A stretch of 64,000 nt of DNA from Octopus vulgaris (GCA_951406725.2 OX597822.1:17112001-17176000); one strand, 5' to 3'. Numbered from the stretch's first letter, positions 27,031 to 39,561 are shown. The notes: generated by a model not told the origin, from the letters alone. Program-made: numbers and translations.

Positions 27031-28169
27031 ATGCAGTTCAATAGGAGTTGGTAAGCCAGAGAACTGCACCAAGTTCCAATGTCTGCTTTGGCATAATTTC
27101 TATGGCTGGATGCCTTTGTTTTTCAAATCAATTTTGAATATGTAAAAGTGAAAATAGCTTTCTTTTTTTCTTTTTTGTCGCTTTTAATCCGTAAAAATCA
27201 TAAATATGGTTTAATACTCATTATAAAAGAGTCAAGTATTAACAGCTTAAAAGAGCAAAGCTGTCTTGTAATGCATTTAATTTATTTCATTCCCTTCACA
27301 AAACTCAAAACCAAAACCTCTCAGAAACACTTGATTTATTAGTTACTCTTGTTCAGATACTCTTGACTGAAGTGCAAGAGTTAACAAGAAAAGTAGAATT
27401 TTATTCTCTGTATTATCGTTTTATATGTTTCTTGATACATTACAGTTCGGCAGCTGATGTATAGTGGCTTAGTAGCACACATTACATATATATATAGAGA
27501 GAGAGATATTAAGATTCTCTTATAACTGATCTTCACTGGCTTTTTACTGTTTTATAACTAGCCTAAAGAAAGCATTCATCTGTGAAACGGCTATGGCTTA
27601 AATTACACAGACCTTGAGTTCACATGATACAGTTGCTATGGAGACAGCCATGGCTACACAAAAACTGCTTAAGCCAAGCAAGAATGTATATATATATAAA
27701 AAAAACAAAAACATTAAATGACATGGTGGCAGTCAGTTTTAATGACTCTGAAGATGATTAAAAGTCATTAGGGTGACCATAATTTCATTAAGCAGTTTGT
27801 TTTATGAAGCTTGTATCAGTTAGACTAAACTAATAGATAAATAGCTAAATAAGTTAATTAGTTAAAACTTCCTGACAAACGACTGAATTTTTTTGTTTTT
27901 CCCCAGTGCTTAACAGCATCAGCCTGCAGATACACATATTTCAAGTATCATTGAAGATAATTTCATTGCATATCCTATCTTGTAAATGAATTTTAGTGAA
28001 GACAAGCACATATGCACAGACTCACAGACTAATGGGAAAAGCTATCCAACAATGAAATAATTGCCACTAAATAAATCAACAAATCGAAAGAAAAAAGAGA
28101 AAAAATTATTCTACTCATTCATACATACAAAACTGCAGTTGCATGCACAGCTATACATTTCTAGTGCAT

Positions 28170-28202
<33 letters not shown>

Positions 28203-28392
28203 TACATATGAACAGGTGAACATTTATGTTTACAAACAAAAACAAAAGTACTTGATACAGGCAGGAAGTGAGTTGATTTTGTTTAGCTTCAGCTTCACAC
28301 ACACACACACACAATAAATCCCCAAAGGCAAGCAGAGACACAAAACATATCGCATGTGTGTATATGTATGTATAATATTAATGATCTCAGTG

Positions 28393-28645
28393 TACAAGGG
28401 GGTACCCAAAAGAGACTGCACTTTTGCAATGTTATTTTATTCACCTAGTTTTATATATTTATACTTTTACTGCCTTCAAAGTATTCTCCATTTGAAGCAA
28501 TGCATCGGTCCAGACTGCTTTTGATCTTCCATGAGCAAGTGAGGCACAAATTTTCCTACCACTCTTTTCATTTGCAATTCCTTGCTCAAAACTTGGTGGT
28601 AGGAGCTCCAGGACACACCAGTCATATCGACAAGTTCATCAATTG
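28393..28645 (-). mobile_element. Mariner transposase relic
   Basis: Minus strand TIDELVDMTGVSWSSYHQVLSKELQMKRVVGKFVPHLLMEDQK; mariner-like terminus TACAAGGGGGTACCCAAAA at 28393. Confidence 0.7.
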
Positions 28646-28942
28646 TACAAAAAAAAGCTCCCCCCCCCCCAGAAGACAGAGATAAATGAAGGAACAACAA
28701 ACATGGTGTATTAGTTTGACCTCAAGAAAAAATGGAAGCGTCTTTGACATTTTGAGCTTATGATCTTCTAAGAAAAAAGATGAAGAGAGAAAATAGATGG
28801 GGGGGGGGGCTGAGAAAAAATGTGCCTGGATTAACAGTTGCAAATGTTGACTGGAAGGAAGGAAGGAAGTGGGAAGGGAATATTTGGGGATGAGGCTGAG
28901 GTGAAAGCATATATATTATATATATATATGTATATATATATG

Positions 28943-28989
<47 letters not shown>

Positions 28990-29009
28990 GTGTATATATA
29001 TATATATAT

Positions 29010-29224
29010 GGAGGCGCAATGGCCTAGTGGTTAGGGCAGCGGACTTGCGGTCGGAGGATCGCGGTTTCGATTCCCAGACCGGGCGTTGTGTGTGTTTATT
29101 GAGCGAAAAACACCTAAAAGCTCCACGAGGCTCCGGCAGGAGGTGGTGATCCCTGCTGTACTCTTTCACCACTCTAAAGGCGGTGCTCAGCATGGCCGCA
29201 TCAAATGACTGAAACAAGTACAAA

Positions 29225-29242
<18 letters not shown>
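29010..29242 (+). mobile_element. Young tRNA-derived SINE with intact Pol III A and B boxes and poly(A)
   Basis: A box TGGCCTAGTGG, B box GGTTTCGATTCC, many retained CpGs, 3' tail shared with the CORE SINE family, 21-nt A run; inserted within (TA)n. Confidence 0.85.
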
Positions 29243-29273
<31 letters not shown>

Positions 29274-29699
29274 TCAAATGAAAAATAATATATGATGGAT
29301 AATTACAGCTATTTCTTATGTATCTTTTTAATAGAAGAATGAGAAAATTACTCCATTACAAAAGACCATGTTACAAACAAAAGAATATCCGAAGGATACA
29401 GCAGGGATGTGGCTGAAGTGTGTTGAAGCCAACAATGAAATGGGGGAATGATCAACACAGTTGGCCATTGACGTTAAGAATATAGTTCTTGAGTGTGATA
29501 TGATGTCTAAGGTCATCAACCCGGTTGAGATAAGAGTCTGCTAGATTGGTTCTTAGGTAGGCTGGAGTAGGGTGAGGTGATATTTTATTACAGTAGGCTT
29601 AGAACAGTGGGAAGCAAGAAGGTCCTAATATAAATTAAGGATAAAACAAAAAGAATAAATAAAGCAAAAGCAAGGGTAAAGAAAAATAAAAGCATAAGA

Positions 29700-30005
29700 G
29701 CCAATTAGGCATGGGGTCAGGCTTTAGGATTCAGGATGTATGGAGTGTCAGGGTCAGTTCTTTTGGAAGGGATTCTGCCAGTTCCTTTTCCAAGACAGCC
29801 ATTGGCTCTTATTTGGTTCCCAGCTTCCATCTGTGCCTGCAAAACCTGTTTGTAAGCAGAAGCACACAACCTCCTGAGCAATGATATCAGTAGGTTGGCG
29901 AAACCAGGTTGAGAATAGGCTTGAGATTCTTTAGAAGCTGGTACCCAACCTGTGTGAAGACTGGACTTCCAGAGGACTGTGCAAAAAACATCCAACTGCG
30001 TTGAA
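29700..30005 (-). mobile_element. Possible LINE relic (CR1/Jockey-group-like)
   Basis: LWKSSLHTGWVP and KELAESLP...SLKPDP-like remnants; heavily degraded. Confidence 0.3.
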
Positions 30006-30014
30006 GCCAGAAAG

Positions 30015-30272
30015 CATCATCATCATCATCACCATCGTTTAATGTCCGTTTTCCATGCTAGCATGGGTTGGACGGTTCAACCGGGTCTAAGAAGCCAGGA
30101 GGCTGCACCAGGCTCCAGTCTGATTTGGCAGTGTTTCTACAGCTTGATACCCTTTCTAATGCCAACCACTCCATGAGTGTAGTGGGTGTTTTTCACATGC
30201 CACTGGCACAGCTGCCAGGGGAGGCTGGCAATGGCCATGATCAGTTGGTGCTTTTTATGTGCCACTAGCATG
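30015..30272 (-). mobile_element. RTE-related (GAT)n-tailed SINE
   Basis: Reverse complement of the family at 19217-19466, including two tandem upstream units. Confidence 0.75.
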
Positions 30273-31126
30273 AAAGCAAGAAATATAACAGTGAAATTGG
30301 CCATCCACTGTAGCTTTCCTTTACTATAATCTGGGTTTTAAAAAAATCAAACCTTAAATTGCTTGGAATCACAAGACAGACAGCAGACTTCTCGTCATGG
30401 CAGTTGATGTAATACATGTAAAAATGAAATATTGCCAATTCCTTAGCTTCCTTGTTCATAAAGATACACGGAATGCAGAGCTCAAGTGGAAGTAGCTGCA
30501 ATTCTCTGGTTTTCCATGCAGCTGCCTTCTCCATTATTAATGTGTATTTTGGTGTCTAAGGGATAGAATCTTGCGCACTTTTGCACACACACTCTTGTAG
30601 CCATACTACCTGACCCTGCAAGGTTTTATAAATGCCTGAATTACCCATATTTTGGTTTTGAATGAATTACTTTCAAAAGATTTTACTTTGTCAGAGAATA
30701 CTGATTCACTCAAAATTGTTGTTTTTAAACAATTTAAATGATTCAAATTGAACTTCCTAAAAATGCACAGAAAAATAAAAGCAACCACAGAACCTGAAAC
30801 AAAATATTAATCTTACATATTTTATTTAGTTGGAAACCTTTTGTTCCAAAATGTCTACTAGCTTACATAATTACTCTAAGTGAATTGTTTTTCTAATCAG
30901 TAATATTGCCCAGGGTCGACTGCAGTTCTTGGTCGGGTATTTACTCTCAGTTTTCTGTGTAGAGTTAAAAATTAATAAATTTCAGGAAAACAATATTCCT
31001 TGAGAAGATATAACCTAATGCAAAATTTCAGCTACTTTGGTGCAAAACTCTGCCCTACAACTTAGAACATAAATACATTTCCTATATGTATGTATATATG
31101 TACAAGTGTATAAATATGTGTGCATA

Positions 31127-31165
<39 letters not shown>

Positions 31166-31822
31166 GTATAATAAACGTAAATTATTCCATTTATCGACAA
31201 ATTTTTTAAAACTATTGCTGGTAACAATCACTAATACCTATTAATATTCTCCTACATTCCTTGGAGAATGTTTAATGATTTTGTTACTAATTAAGCAGCA
31301 AATTGTTACAAAGAATTTTCCATTTGATCAACCTGAAAGCAATAATAGCCATAAGTTATTTAAGAATAAATGGAAAAAACACAACGCCATTGTTTTTAGG
31401 CTCTACATTTCAAACAGTTTTCTAAAGTTTCCCATAAATACTTCTGAGAGTTTTTGTTATGGAAATTAATCAGAAACACGAAAGAAAATGACATGGCAGA
31501 GCTATAATTTCTGGTTTATGTTCAGAAACATATATGAACAGTTCGATTTTGGTTTATCATACTTATATTTATAACAATAGCAGTGAAAGGAGAAAACTAA
31601 AAACAAAAATAGAAATGGTGCTAATTTTTGAGTGAATAAATTCTGTTTACTAATAAGAATAAATGTTATTCATGATGAAAGGAAATCCTCATATTAAAAC
31701 AAAAATATTCCAGTAATGTGAATGTTGAGAGTTTAATAATAAAAGATGTGATATGTCATACAAAAGAATACAGAGAATTTTTTCTTTCTTTACTAGATTA
31801 TATATCATCATTATTGTCATTA

Positions 31823-32200
31823 TCATCATCTTCTAACACCCACTTTCCCAAGCTTGCATGGGTTAGAAGGAATTTGTTGAGGCAAATTTTCTATGACTGG
31901 GTGCTCTTCCTGTCACAAATTTACACTGACATCCAAGCAGGTGGGGGGACTTCACATGGCAAGACATTTTTTCAAAGAAGACTGGAATCAAACAACATCA
32001 CTTCTATGATTGTGATGTGCATTTACAATCATCATGTGATGTCAAGACAAAGACACACACACACACATGTGATGGGCTTCTTTCAGTTTCCATCTACTGA
32101 ATCTATTCACAAACCTTCCGTAGAAGATACTTGTCCAAGGGGATAAAAAGTGGGACTGAATCAGAGATCTCTTGGTTGAGAACAAGCCTCTCAATCACAC
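31823..32200 (-). mobile_element. CORE-head SINE subfamily with RTE-like body and (GAT)n tail
   Basis: Minus strand: ttcagtccc...cttggacaagtatcttctac...ggaaactgaaagaagcccatc-(TG)n-tcttgacatcac...gacaggaagagcacccagtcatagaaaat...acccatgcaagcttgggaaagtgg-gatgat. Related copies at ~37040-37410 (-) and ~42920-43440 (+). Confidence 0.6.
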
Positions 32201-32257
32201 TTGCATCTATAAGAACTATATATAACTGGACTACTGGATATATATATATATATATAT

Positions 32258-32748
32258 CATCTTCATAATCATCATCATCATTTAATGTCCGTTGTCCATG
32301 CTGTCATGGGTTGAACAGTTTGACCAGGGCTGATAAGCTGAGGGATTGCACCAAACTCCAGTCTGATTTGGCATAGTTACTATAGCTGGATGCCATTCCT
32401 AACACCAACCACTCCAAGAGTGTAGTGGGTGCTTTTATATACCACTGGCACAGATACCAGTTGCATGACACCAGTATCTGCCATGACTAACTATATCATC
32501 ATCATCATCATCAACATTTAACGTCCGCTTTCCATGCTAGCATGGGTTGGACAGTTCAACCGGGAAATCACTTCCACCAACATACTTACCCACTACACTC
32601 TCAGAGTGGTTGGTGTTAGGAAGGGCATCCTGCTGTGGAAACACTGCCAGGTCAGATTGGAGCCTGGTGCAGCTACTGGCTTTGCAGACTGCAGTCAAAC
32701 CATCCAACCCATACCAACATGGAAAATGGACGTTAAATGATGGTGATG
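32258..32748. mobile_element. Cluster of three RTE-related SINE fragments (-, -, +)
   Basis: 32258-32490 (-), 32497-32563 (-) and 32588-32748 (+); the last two form an inverted pair. Confidence 0.7.
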
Positions 32749-33182
32749 CTGATATGTGTGTGTATCCATTCACACACACACACAACAGCTTTCTCACTAT
32801 TTCTACCATGCTATCCAAGGTTGGATCATCACAATCTTCAGTAATTACTGTCCTCCTAGATGTGTTTAGGACTACATCTTGCTCATATATTACACTTTTG
32901 GCATGGTTGCAATGAATGCTAGCATTTCCTATTATCATCCACTCTACTGCATGGCCATGGCCAGACTACATTTCATTGTGGCACTAATTCTAGAGAGTTT
33001 GGATTGTCCTTGACAAGAATACAAAGTCCACTCCATCCAACCATTTCAATTGTTTTGATAACAAGCAACCCTCATTTGAATCCTTTCTTCTTACTTTGCA
33101 CATCACGCGCATGTTACGTTTATAGATGCCAATGCAAACACACATACATACTTACCTACATACATACAGGTATACGTATATT

Positions 33183-33234
<52 letters not shown>

Positions 33235-33237
<3 letters not shown>

Positions 33238-33719
33238 CATCATCATCATCATCACCATTGTTTAACATCCGCTTTGCATGAGGACTGGCGAACTGGATGG
33301 CTGCACCAGGCTCCAATCTTGATCTGGCAGAGTTTCCACAGCTGGATGCCCTTCCTAATGCCAACCACTCCGAGAGTGTAGTGGGTGCTTTTATGTGCCA
33401 CCGGCACGAGGGCTAGTCAGGCAGTACTGGCAATGGCCACGCTCAAATGGTATTTTTTACATGCCACCTGCACAGGGGCCAGTCCAGTGGTACTGGCAAT
33501 GAACTCACTCGAATGTTCTTTTTCATGTGCCACTGGCACAAGTGCCAGTAAGGTGACGCTGGTAATGATTACGCTTAAATGGTGCTTTTTACATGCTACC
33601 GGCATGGAAGCCAGTTAGCCACTCTGGCAACAATCACGCTCGGATGGTGCTCTTAGCGCTCCGCTAGCATGGATACCAGTCATCAAATTTGATTTTGATT
33701 TCACTTGCCTCAACAAGTC
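33235..33719 (-). mobile_element. RTE-related SINE carrying ~4.5 tandem ~65-bp internal units
   Basis: Units start on the plus strand at 33383, 33449, 33514, 33581 and 33646; (CAT)n tail at 33235. Confidence 0.8.
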
Positions 33720-33725
33720 ATATCA

Positions 33726-33806
33726 AGTAAGTGTCTTCTACTATAGCCTTGGGCCAACCAAAGCCTCGTGAGTGGATTTGGTAAATGGAAACTGAAAGAA
33801 ACCCGT

Positions 33807-33842
<36 letters not shown>

Positions 33843-34058
33843 TATGTGTATGTGTGTGTATGTTTATACCCCTGCCATCGCTTGGCAACAGATGTCAATG
33901 CGTTTACATCCCCAAAATTTAGCAGTTCGGCAAAAGGGACCGATAGAATAAGTACTGGGCTTACAAAGAATAAGTCCTGGGGTTGATTTCTTTGACTAAA
34001 GGTGGTGCTCCAGCATGGCCACAGTCAAATGACTGAAACAAGTAAATGAATAAAAGAA
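33726..34058 (+). mobile_element. 5'-truncated CORE-type SINE
   Basis: aagtgtcttctactatagcc...ggtgctccagcatggccacagtcaaatgactgaaacaagtaaatgaataaaagaat. Confidence 0.8.
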
Positions 34059-34491
34059 TATATACACACACATACATCTACGTACACAGACACTCAATGT
34101 GCAGGTACAATGTGCAACACATATAAACATATGAATACATAAACACCTTAGACCTGTAAGTAACACCCAGGTTGCCATACCTTACTTTGCCCTCCGTTCA
34201 CCCGTTAGTCGTCACAGTCTCAAGAGGGCTAACTGTACATGTGCTTATGCATCTACCTGACAGCAACATCCCCTGCCATTACGTGAACCATTATTCAAAT
34301 GAATATGAAGAAAGGAATGCACAGCTGTATTGTTACACATCAGAATATGTAAACAGGAGATTGGACAGAAATCAACGTCAGAACAGAAACATTAAAACAA
34401 TTTTGTAAAATAGCCATAGTCTCCATTTCCAGCACACACACACACACACATACACACACACACACACACATAAGTAGTAAATGTCACTTAC

Positions 34492-34662
34492 TCATGACGG
34501 ACTCTGTAATAACATTGTTTTCCATGTTGGCTGGACTTTAAAGTTTCAATTAATGTTTCTCTTGAGGAATTTGGATAAATTGTGCCTAGAAAGTTACATA
34601 AGTATTTGCGGTGTGTTTCAACTGGAAGATGAGCACTGTCAACCTTTGGAAAATCACGATAC
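34492..34662 (-). CDS. RXYLT1: Penultimate coding exon (171 nt) of RXYLT1/TMEM5 orthologue
   Basis: YRDFPKVDSAHLPVETHRKYLCNFLGTIYPNSSRETLIETLKSSQHGKQCYYRVRH(E) matches the RXYLT1 motif YRNFP...YLCNFLGTIYENSSR. Acceptor cattttag|G and donor GA|gtaagt. The split codon GA+G (Glu) joins in frame to the exon starting at 11003. Confidence 0.93.
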
Positions 34663-36124
34663 CTAAAATGAAAGACAGAGAAGGTAAAATTAATAGGCAT
34701 TTATTATGTATTTATGTATGCTGTGGCATCATTATACGAATGGATCTGTAAACTGATGTTGACAAACTAAAAAGTTAATAACAGCATTTCCTGAACAAAT
34801 TGCCAAAATCATTCAGTGCTATTCTTGTAATAAAACAACTGCAACAATAATATAATCTTTGATAAATTATTGTTTCTGTGTTCTGTAGTTTTTAGTGCTG
34901 TCAACAGGATCTCAGTGGTGCTGAATTTCTAATGATTCTACAGAGTCTTAGATCTTTTGAGGCAAGTATATAGGGGAACTTTTACCAGGGCCATAATGAA
35001 ATGATTTGAATTCAGTACGGAAACCTTATAAAATTCGATAAAGGTGAGCTAAATCTAAATACAGGACCTGATAAAAGTTAGGTGGGACAGACATGAAATG
35101 GTTCAACCTATGGATTCAACTGAATGTTTTAAACATGGATGGGCTAACAACACCCCTCCCAATTTCAATATATTTATAGTTGTTTTTACTTTACTCTTAT
35201 TTCTAAAGATAAAAATAAGACAAAGTGTATCTCAGATTTAAGAGTTGGAGCCAAAATAATTGAATGAAACCCTTGAAGGTAGGGCTCCAGCACAGCTAGT
35301 CCAACAACTGTAATCAATAAAAAGACAAACAATGAAAACAAAACACTAAACATGTAAATAGTGAATGAAATTTTATCATCACTTCATTTGAAAAAAATAT
35401 TCTGTTCACATAAATACTGATAAATATCACAAAGCTGAGATGAATTATGGACGAGCAGTTACAGAACCACCTTGCAAACCCCAAGGTGCCACACAGTGGA
35501 ACTGAACCTAAAACCATGAGGTTGGGAAGCAAACTTCTTAACACCCCCCCCTCCACACACACACCTTAAGTTTGTTTTAGTGTCTGTCTACAAATCCACT
35601 CGCAAGGCTTTGATCGGCTTACAGTGGGGTTGAACCTGAAAGCATGACCACACTGGCACCTATTAGCTTTCATTAATATCACTTCAGTTGAAAACAAGTT
35701 ACAACGAATCAAACGTAACAATTCTGGTGGCGAAACAAAAAAGAAAAGAAAAAGAAAAGGAGGAAAAGATTAGTTTGTTATTGTTGGTTATGATTTATGT
35801 AGGAAGTGGCTAAAATGTGGGGGAAAAAAAATAATTGTTCTGGGATTAGCAGAAGAAATGTACTGAAAAATAATGAAGCTGATCAACGACGGGAGAACAT
35901 TGAAGAGAAGTGACTTTAACGAGAATAGACAGACAGAGTTTAATTATTGTGTGTGAAGAAAGAGAAAATTAGCTTGCTAATAAGTAAAGTTAATATTCTG
36001 GACATAAGTAAAAGATACTAGGGGTATATAGACTTTGGAAAGATAATTATTGTTGAAGGGTATTGATTAAAGAGAGCCTCAGAGAAAGGTATTGATTAAA
36101 GAGAAATCCATTCCACTTCTGCTG

Positions 36125-36684
36125 AAAATAAAGTGTGTGTGTACTTTCATTGGCTCTTATGCCATAAATACCAATATGAAATAACAGAGAACTGGTATGA
36201 GCATGTACCAAGTAAAGTCATGCAGGAGGATGGAAAAGTAACGATACTCTGGGACTATGATTTTTCAGATGGATCGTGTAATCGAACACCGTCGGCCGGA
36301 TATTGTCATACTAAATAAGAGAGACAAATACTGTCAGATCATTGATGTAGCCATACCAAATGACATGAATGTTATGAGTGAAGAGGTTGAAAAAATCACC
36401 AAGTTCTCTGAATTGAAAGTGAAAATGGCAAGACTGTATGGACTGCGAGAGGGTAATGTGAAAATGATACCAGTGGTGATCGGAGCTTTGGGCTCAGTCC
36501 CACTGAAACTTCAAAACTTCTTAAGGCAACTGGAAATCCCATGCAAGATTCATGTCTTGCAAAAAGCAGCCTTATTGGGCACAGCCCACATCTTAAGGAA
36601 AGTATTAGCTGTCTGAGGTCCTTGTTGTGACTTGACAGGTGACTGAAGACTCCGGTGCATTTTTACCTACTCTATGTTACGAAG

Positions 36685-36715
<31 letters not shown>
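36125..36715 (+). mobile_element. 3' end of an R4/Dong-clade LINE: restriction-like endonuclease domain, 3'UTR and (TAA)n tail
   Basis: HWLLCHKY...WYEHVP...TILWD, then a frameshift, then DRVIEHRRPDIVILNK...IIDVAIP...EKITKF...IPVVIGALGSVP...LQKAALLGTAHILRKVL* (PD...D RLE motif). Ends in (AAT)n. Confidence 0.9.
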
Positions 36716-39519
36716 CACTACAGAATGAATTTAAAAAATAAGGGAGAAAAAGATGAGTTTACGTGGATAATTTTACAGAGTAAATAAAATAATAAATTAA
36801 TTAGATGTGCAAGTAAAAGTTTATATTCACTTCTAAGGTCCGTTCTGCCTCTAGCAATAAACAGGCAAAACTGTGAGGTGAAGAATTTCATTTCATAAAG
36901 TTGTAGTTTTGAGTTTAGATTCATTCTGCAGCACCGTAAGCAATTGTCTCCTGCTACACCTTCAGAGCTAACCAATGCCGAAAGAGTGAATTTTGTAAAC
37001 AGAAACTATGCAGAAGCCTACACTGGGTGTTTGTCAACATCATCATTACTCTAATGTCTACTTTTTCATGTTCACATGAGTCAAGCAAAATTGATTAAAG
37101 CAGATTTTCTATGGCCAGACACCTCCCAGTTACCAAACTCACCTGTTTCTAAGTAAAGAAATATTTCCCCATGGCTGGACATGTTTTTACGGCAGATTGG
37201 GAATGAAAGACACAGTTTTTATGATGGTGATGCATGTTTATAACTAATGCATAATGTCAAAACAAGGAGATGCAAACAAACATACCCACCCACATGCACA
37301 CACATACACACACAAACACACATATCTGCATGCATGCATACATGCACACACATTGGTCTTGTTTCAGTTTCACACTGTCAAATCCATTCACAAGGCTTTA
37401 GTTGACTTGGGGCTTTTAAGCAAGCTCCTATGGAGGGATCTTCATCAGGCCTTGGGCCCAACAATCATGCTTCATGCATTGAGTACATATTAAATTTTAT
37501 TAAACTTGAACAGTATTTTTCAAGCAATGAACAATTTTCATCAAAACAATATAATTTGTCAACTTGGAACTTATTGCAAAGCTGCATGATAAACAACAAG
37601 ACCACCACCATTGCCACCACATCTGCCGTACAGATACATTGCAGACTTCTGACACAACCATCATCAATACTTTTGACTTTGCTGCCTTTCCCTCCATTAC
37701 CATCACCACTGTCTTTCACATCACTTACTGTCACTTCATCCCTCATCCCCTGGCTACTACCACCAGCACCATCACTGCCACCTCTATCACAACTACAGCT
37801 CATACTATTACTCTCACCCCCATTACTTTCGTCACAAAAAGGCTAAATGTGTGTGTTCATTCAGTATGTTAGTTCAGTGGTCAGTCTCTCTTTCTCTCTC
37901 TCTCTCTTATTACTCTTACTGCCACCATCAACACTACTACTTTTAATAAAAACATCAACTCTCCCTAAATTTCTTTATCCCTCTCTTTCTTTCTCTCTCT
38001 CTCCTTCTGTCTTCACCACCGCCCTCACCATGTCTATGCCTACTACTACTCTTACCCCAACATGAGCAATAGTAGGAGTGTCAATGAATAGTTAAAGGGG
38101 GGGTCGCAGTATGATATATAAAAATTACTTTTCACATTTATTATCGTAGAAGACATTTGCTCAAGGGCCCATGTAGAGGGATTGAAACCGAAAGCATGGG
38201 AATGGGAAGTGAACTTCTTTGCCATGTGTATATGTGTGTGTGTGTGTATGAATTTTACACTTGTTTCTTACTGTTTGAAAACCAGTGTTGGTTTGTTTAC
38301 AGCCCCATAACTTAATGATTTAGCAAAAAGAGAAATGACATAAGTATTGGTGATCAATGAAACCTTTTATGCTGCAGTCCCAGCATGGCTGCAGTCCAAT
38401 GAGTGAAACAAGTAAAGTATAAGCAAATAATTTTTATATATTTCGTGCGAACAAAGATAATTTTCCAAATTAGAGTCTCTGCTATTTCCGACAATTTAAG
38501 AGAACCTAATTTTATAGTCAAATGAACTTTTGAAAGCTTTTCAGTTAACAGTGGAATTAAACTGGCATATATATATATGTATTTTTGTTTTAAAATTTAA
38601 TTATCGATTGCAATAAAGAATATGCTATTAATACCAGAATTAAGGACTGGGCAATATGCTGTCTGCCTATCATCTTCCCTCATCCATTCTCTGTTTGCCA
38701 GAGAACAAGAGAAAATTTTTGTTGAAACATAACACTGTTAAAATATAGAATACAAAAATATTACTGATTCTTAATGGAAAGGGGAAAAAAATTATCTACA
38801 GTTTACACTTTAATGCATATCGCTATGTTATATAGGAAAACAAAAACAACAGTATCTAAATTGAATTGTTGTGAGCTACTTATTCCAATTAATAATTTTG
38901 TTGTATGTTTTGGGCAGGTGTAACATGTACATGTGCACACATGCATTCAGATAAACATAATTAGTTAAATGTGGCTGGGGAATATCAGTCCTCTCAAATG
39001 AGATTACATAGAATGAAGCAATACTGAAATGATGTATTGGATACTTGTTTAACACACAAACGTTATCCCTCACACACACACACACACGTGTATATACAGG
39101 TCTACACAAGCACAGATATGTAAATATATATGAGTGCATGTTGGTTTAGATACCTACAATTATCAGAGTGTGTAAAGGGAAGACGAAAAGAGTACTTAAC
39201 ACAATTCATTTGACAGAAGTGATAAAAGCTTGGATTTTCTGAATATGAATTACGTAGGTACATATGTATAGATATATATGCATATGTGTATATATATCTA
39301 TCTAACTATCCCCCTCTCTCTCTCTCTATCTCTCTATCATCATTTAATATCTGTTTATGATTTCATATATATATATATATATATATGATTAACACTCCAA
39401 CACAGCATGAAGTTTATACAAATTCAGATAGCAAATTTTCATTCTTCAGCATATATACTTCTCAGCTGAAAGACTATCAACACACTACATTAGTACTAGT
39501 GTACATACATCGAGAGCAA

Positions 39520-39561
<42 letters not shown>

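Larger units (their letters stand above)
11004..34491 (-). other. Last intron of RXYLT1 (~23.5 kb, phase 2, GT-AG)
   Basis: Bounded by GTAAGT at 34491 and CAG ending at 11004; the reading frame is preserved across the junction. Confidence 0.88.

Noticed and set aside
29010-29085. Functional tRNA gene
   Set aside because: A and B boxes are good, but the acceptor and anticodon stems do not close, and it runs into a SINE body and tail with poly(A).
25410-36715. Idea that the R4 RT fragment (25410-27030) and the R4 endonuclease fragment (36125-36715) are one broken element
   Set aside because: The conserved RXYLT1 exon at 34492-34662 lies between them, so they are best explained as independent insertions in different introns.
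37430-38065. Overlapping ORFs rich in Thr/His/Pro/Leu
   Set aside because: Low-complexity (CAC/CAT/CT)n sequence; no splice or homology evidence.
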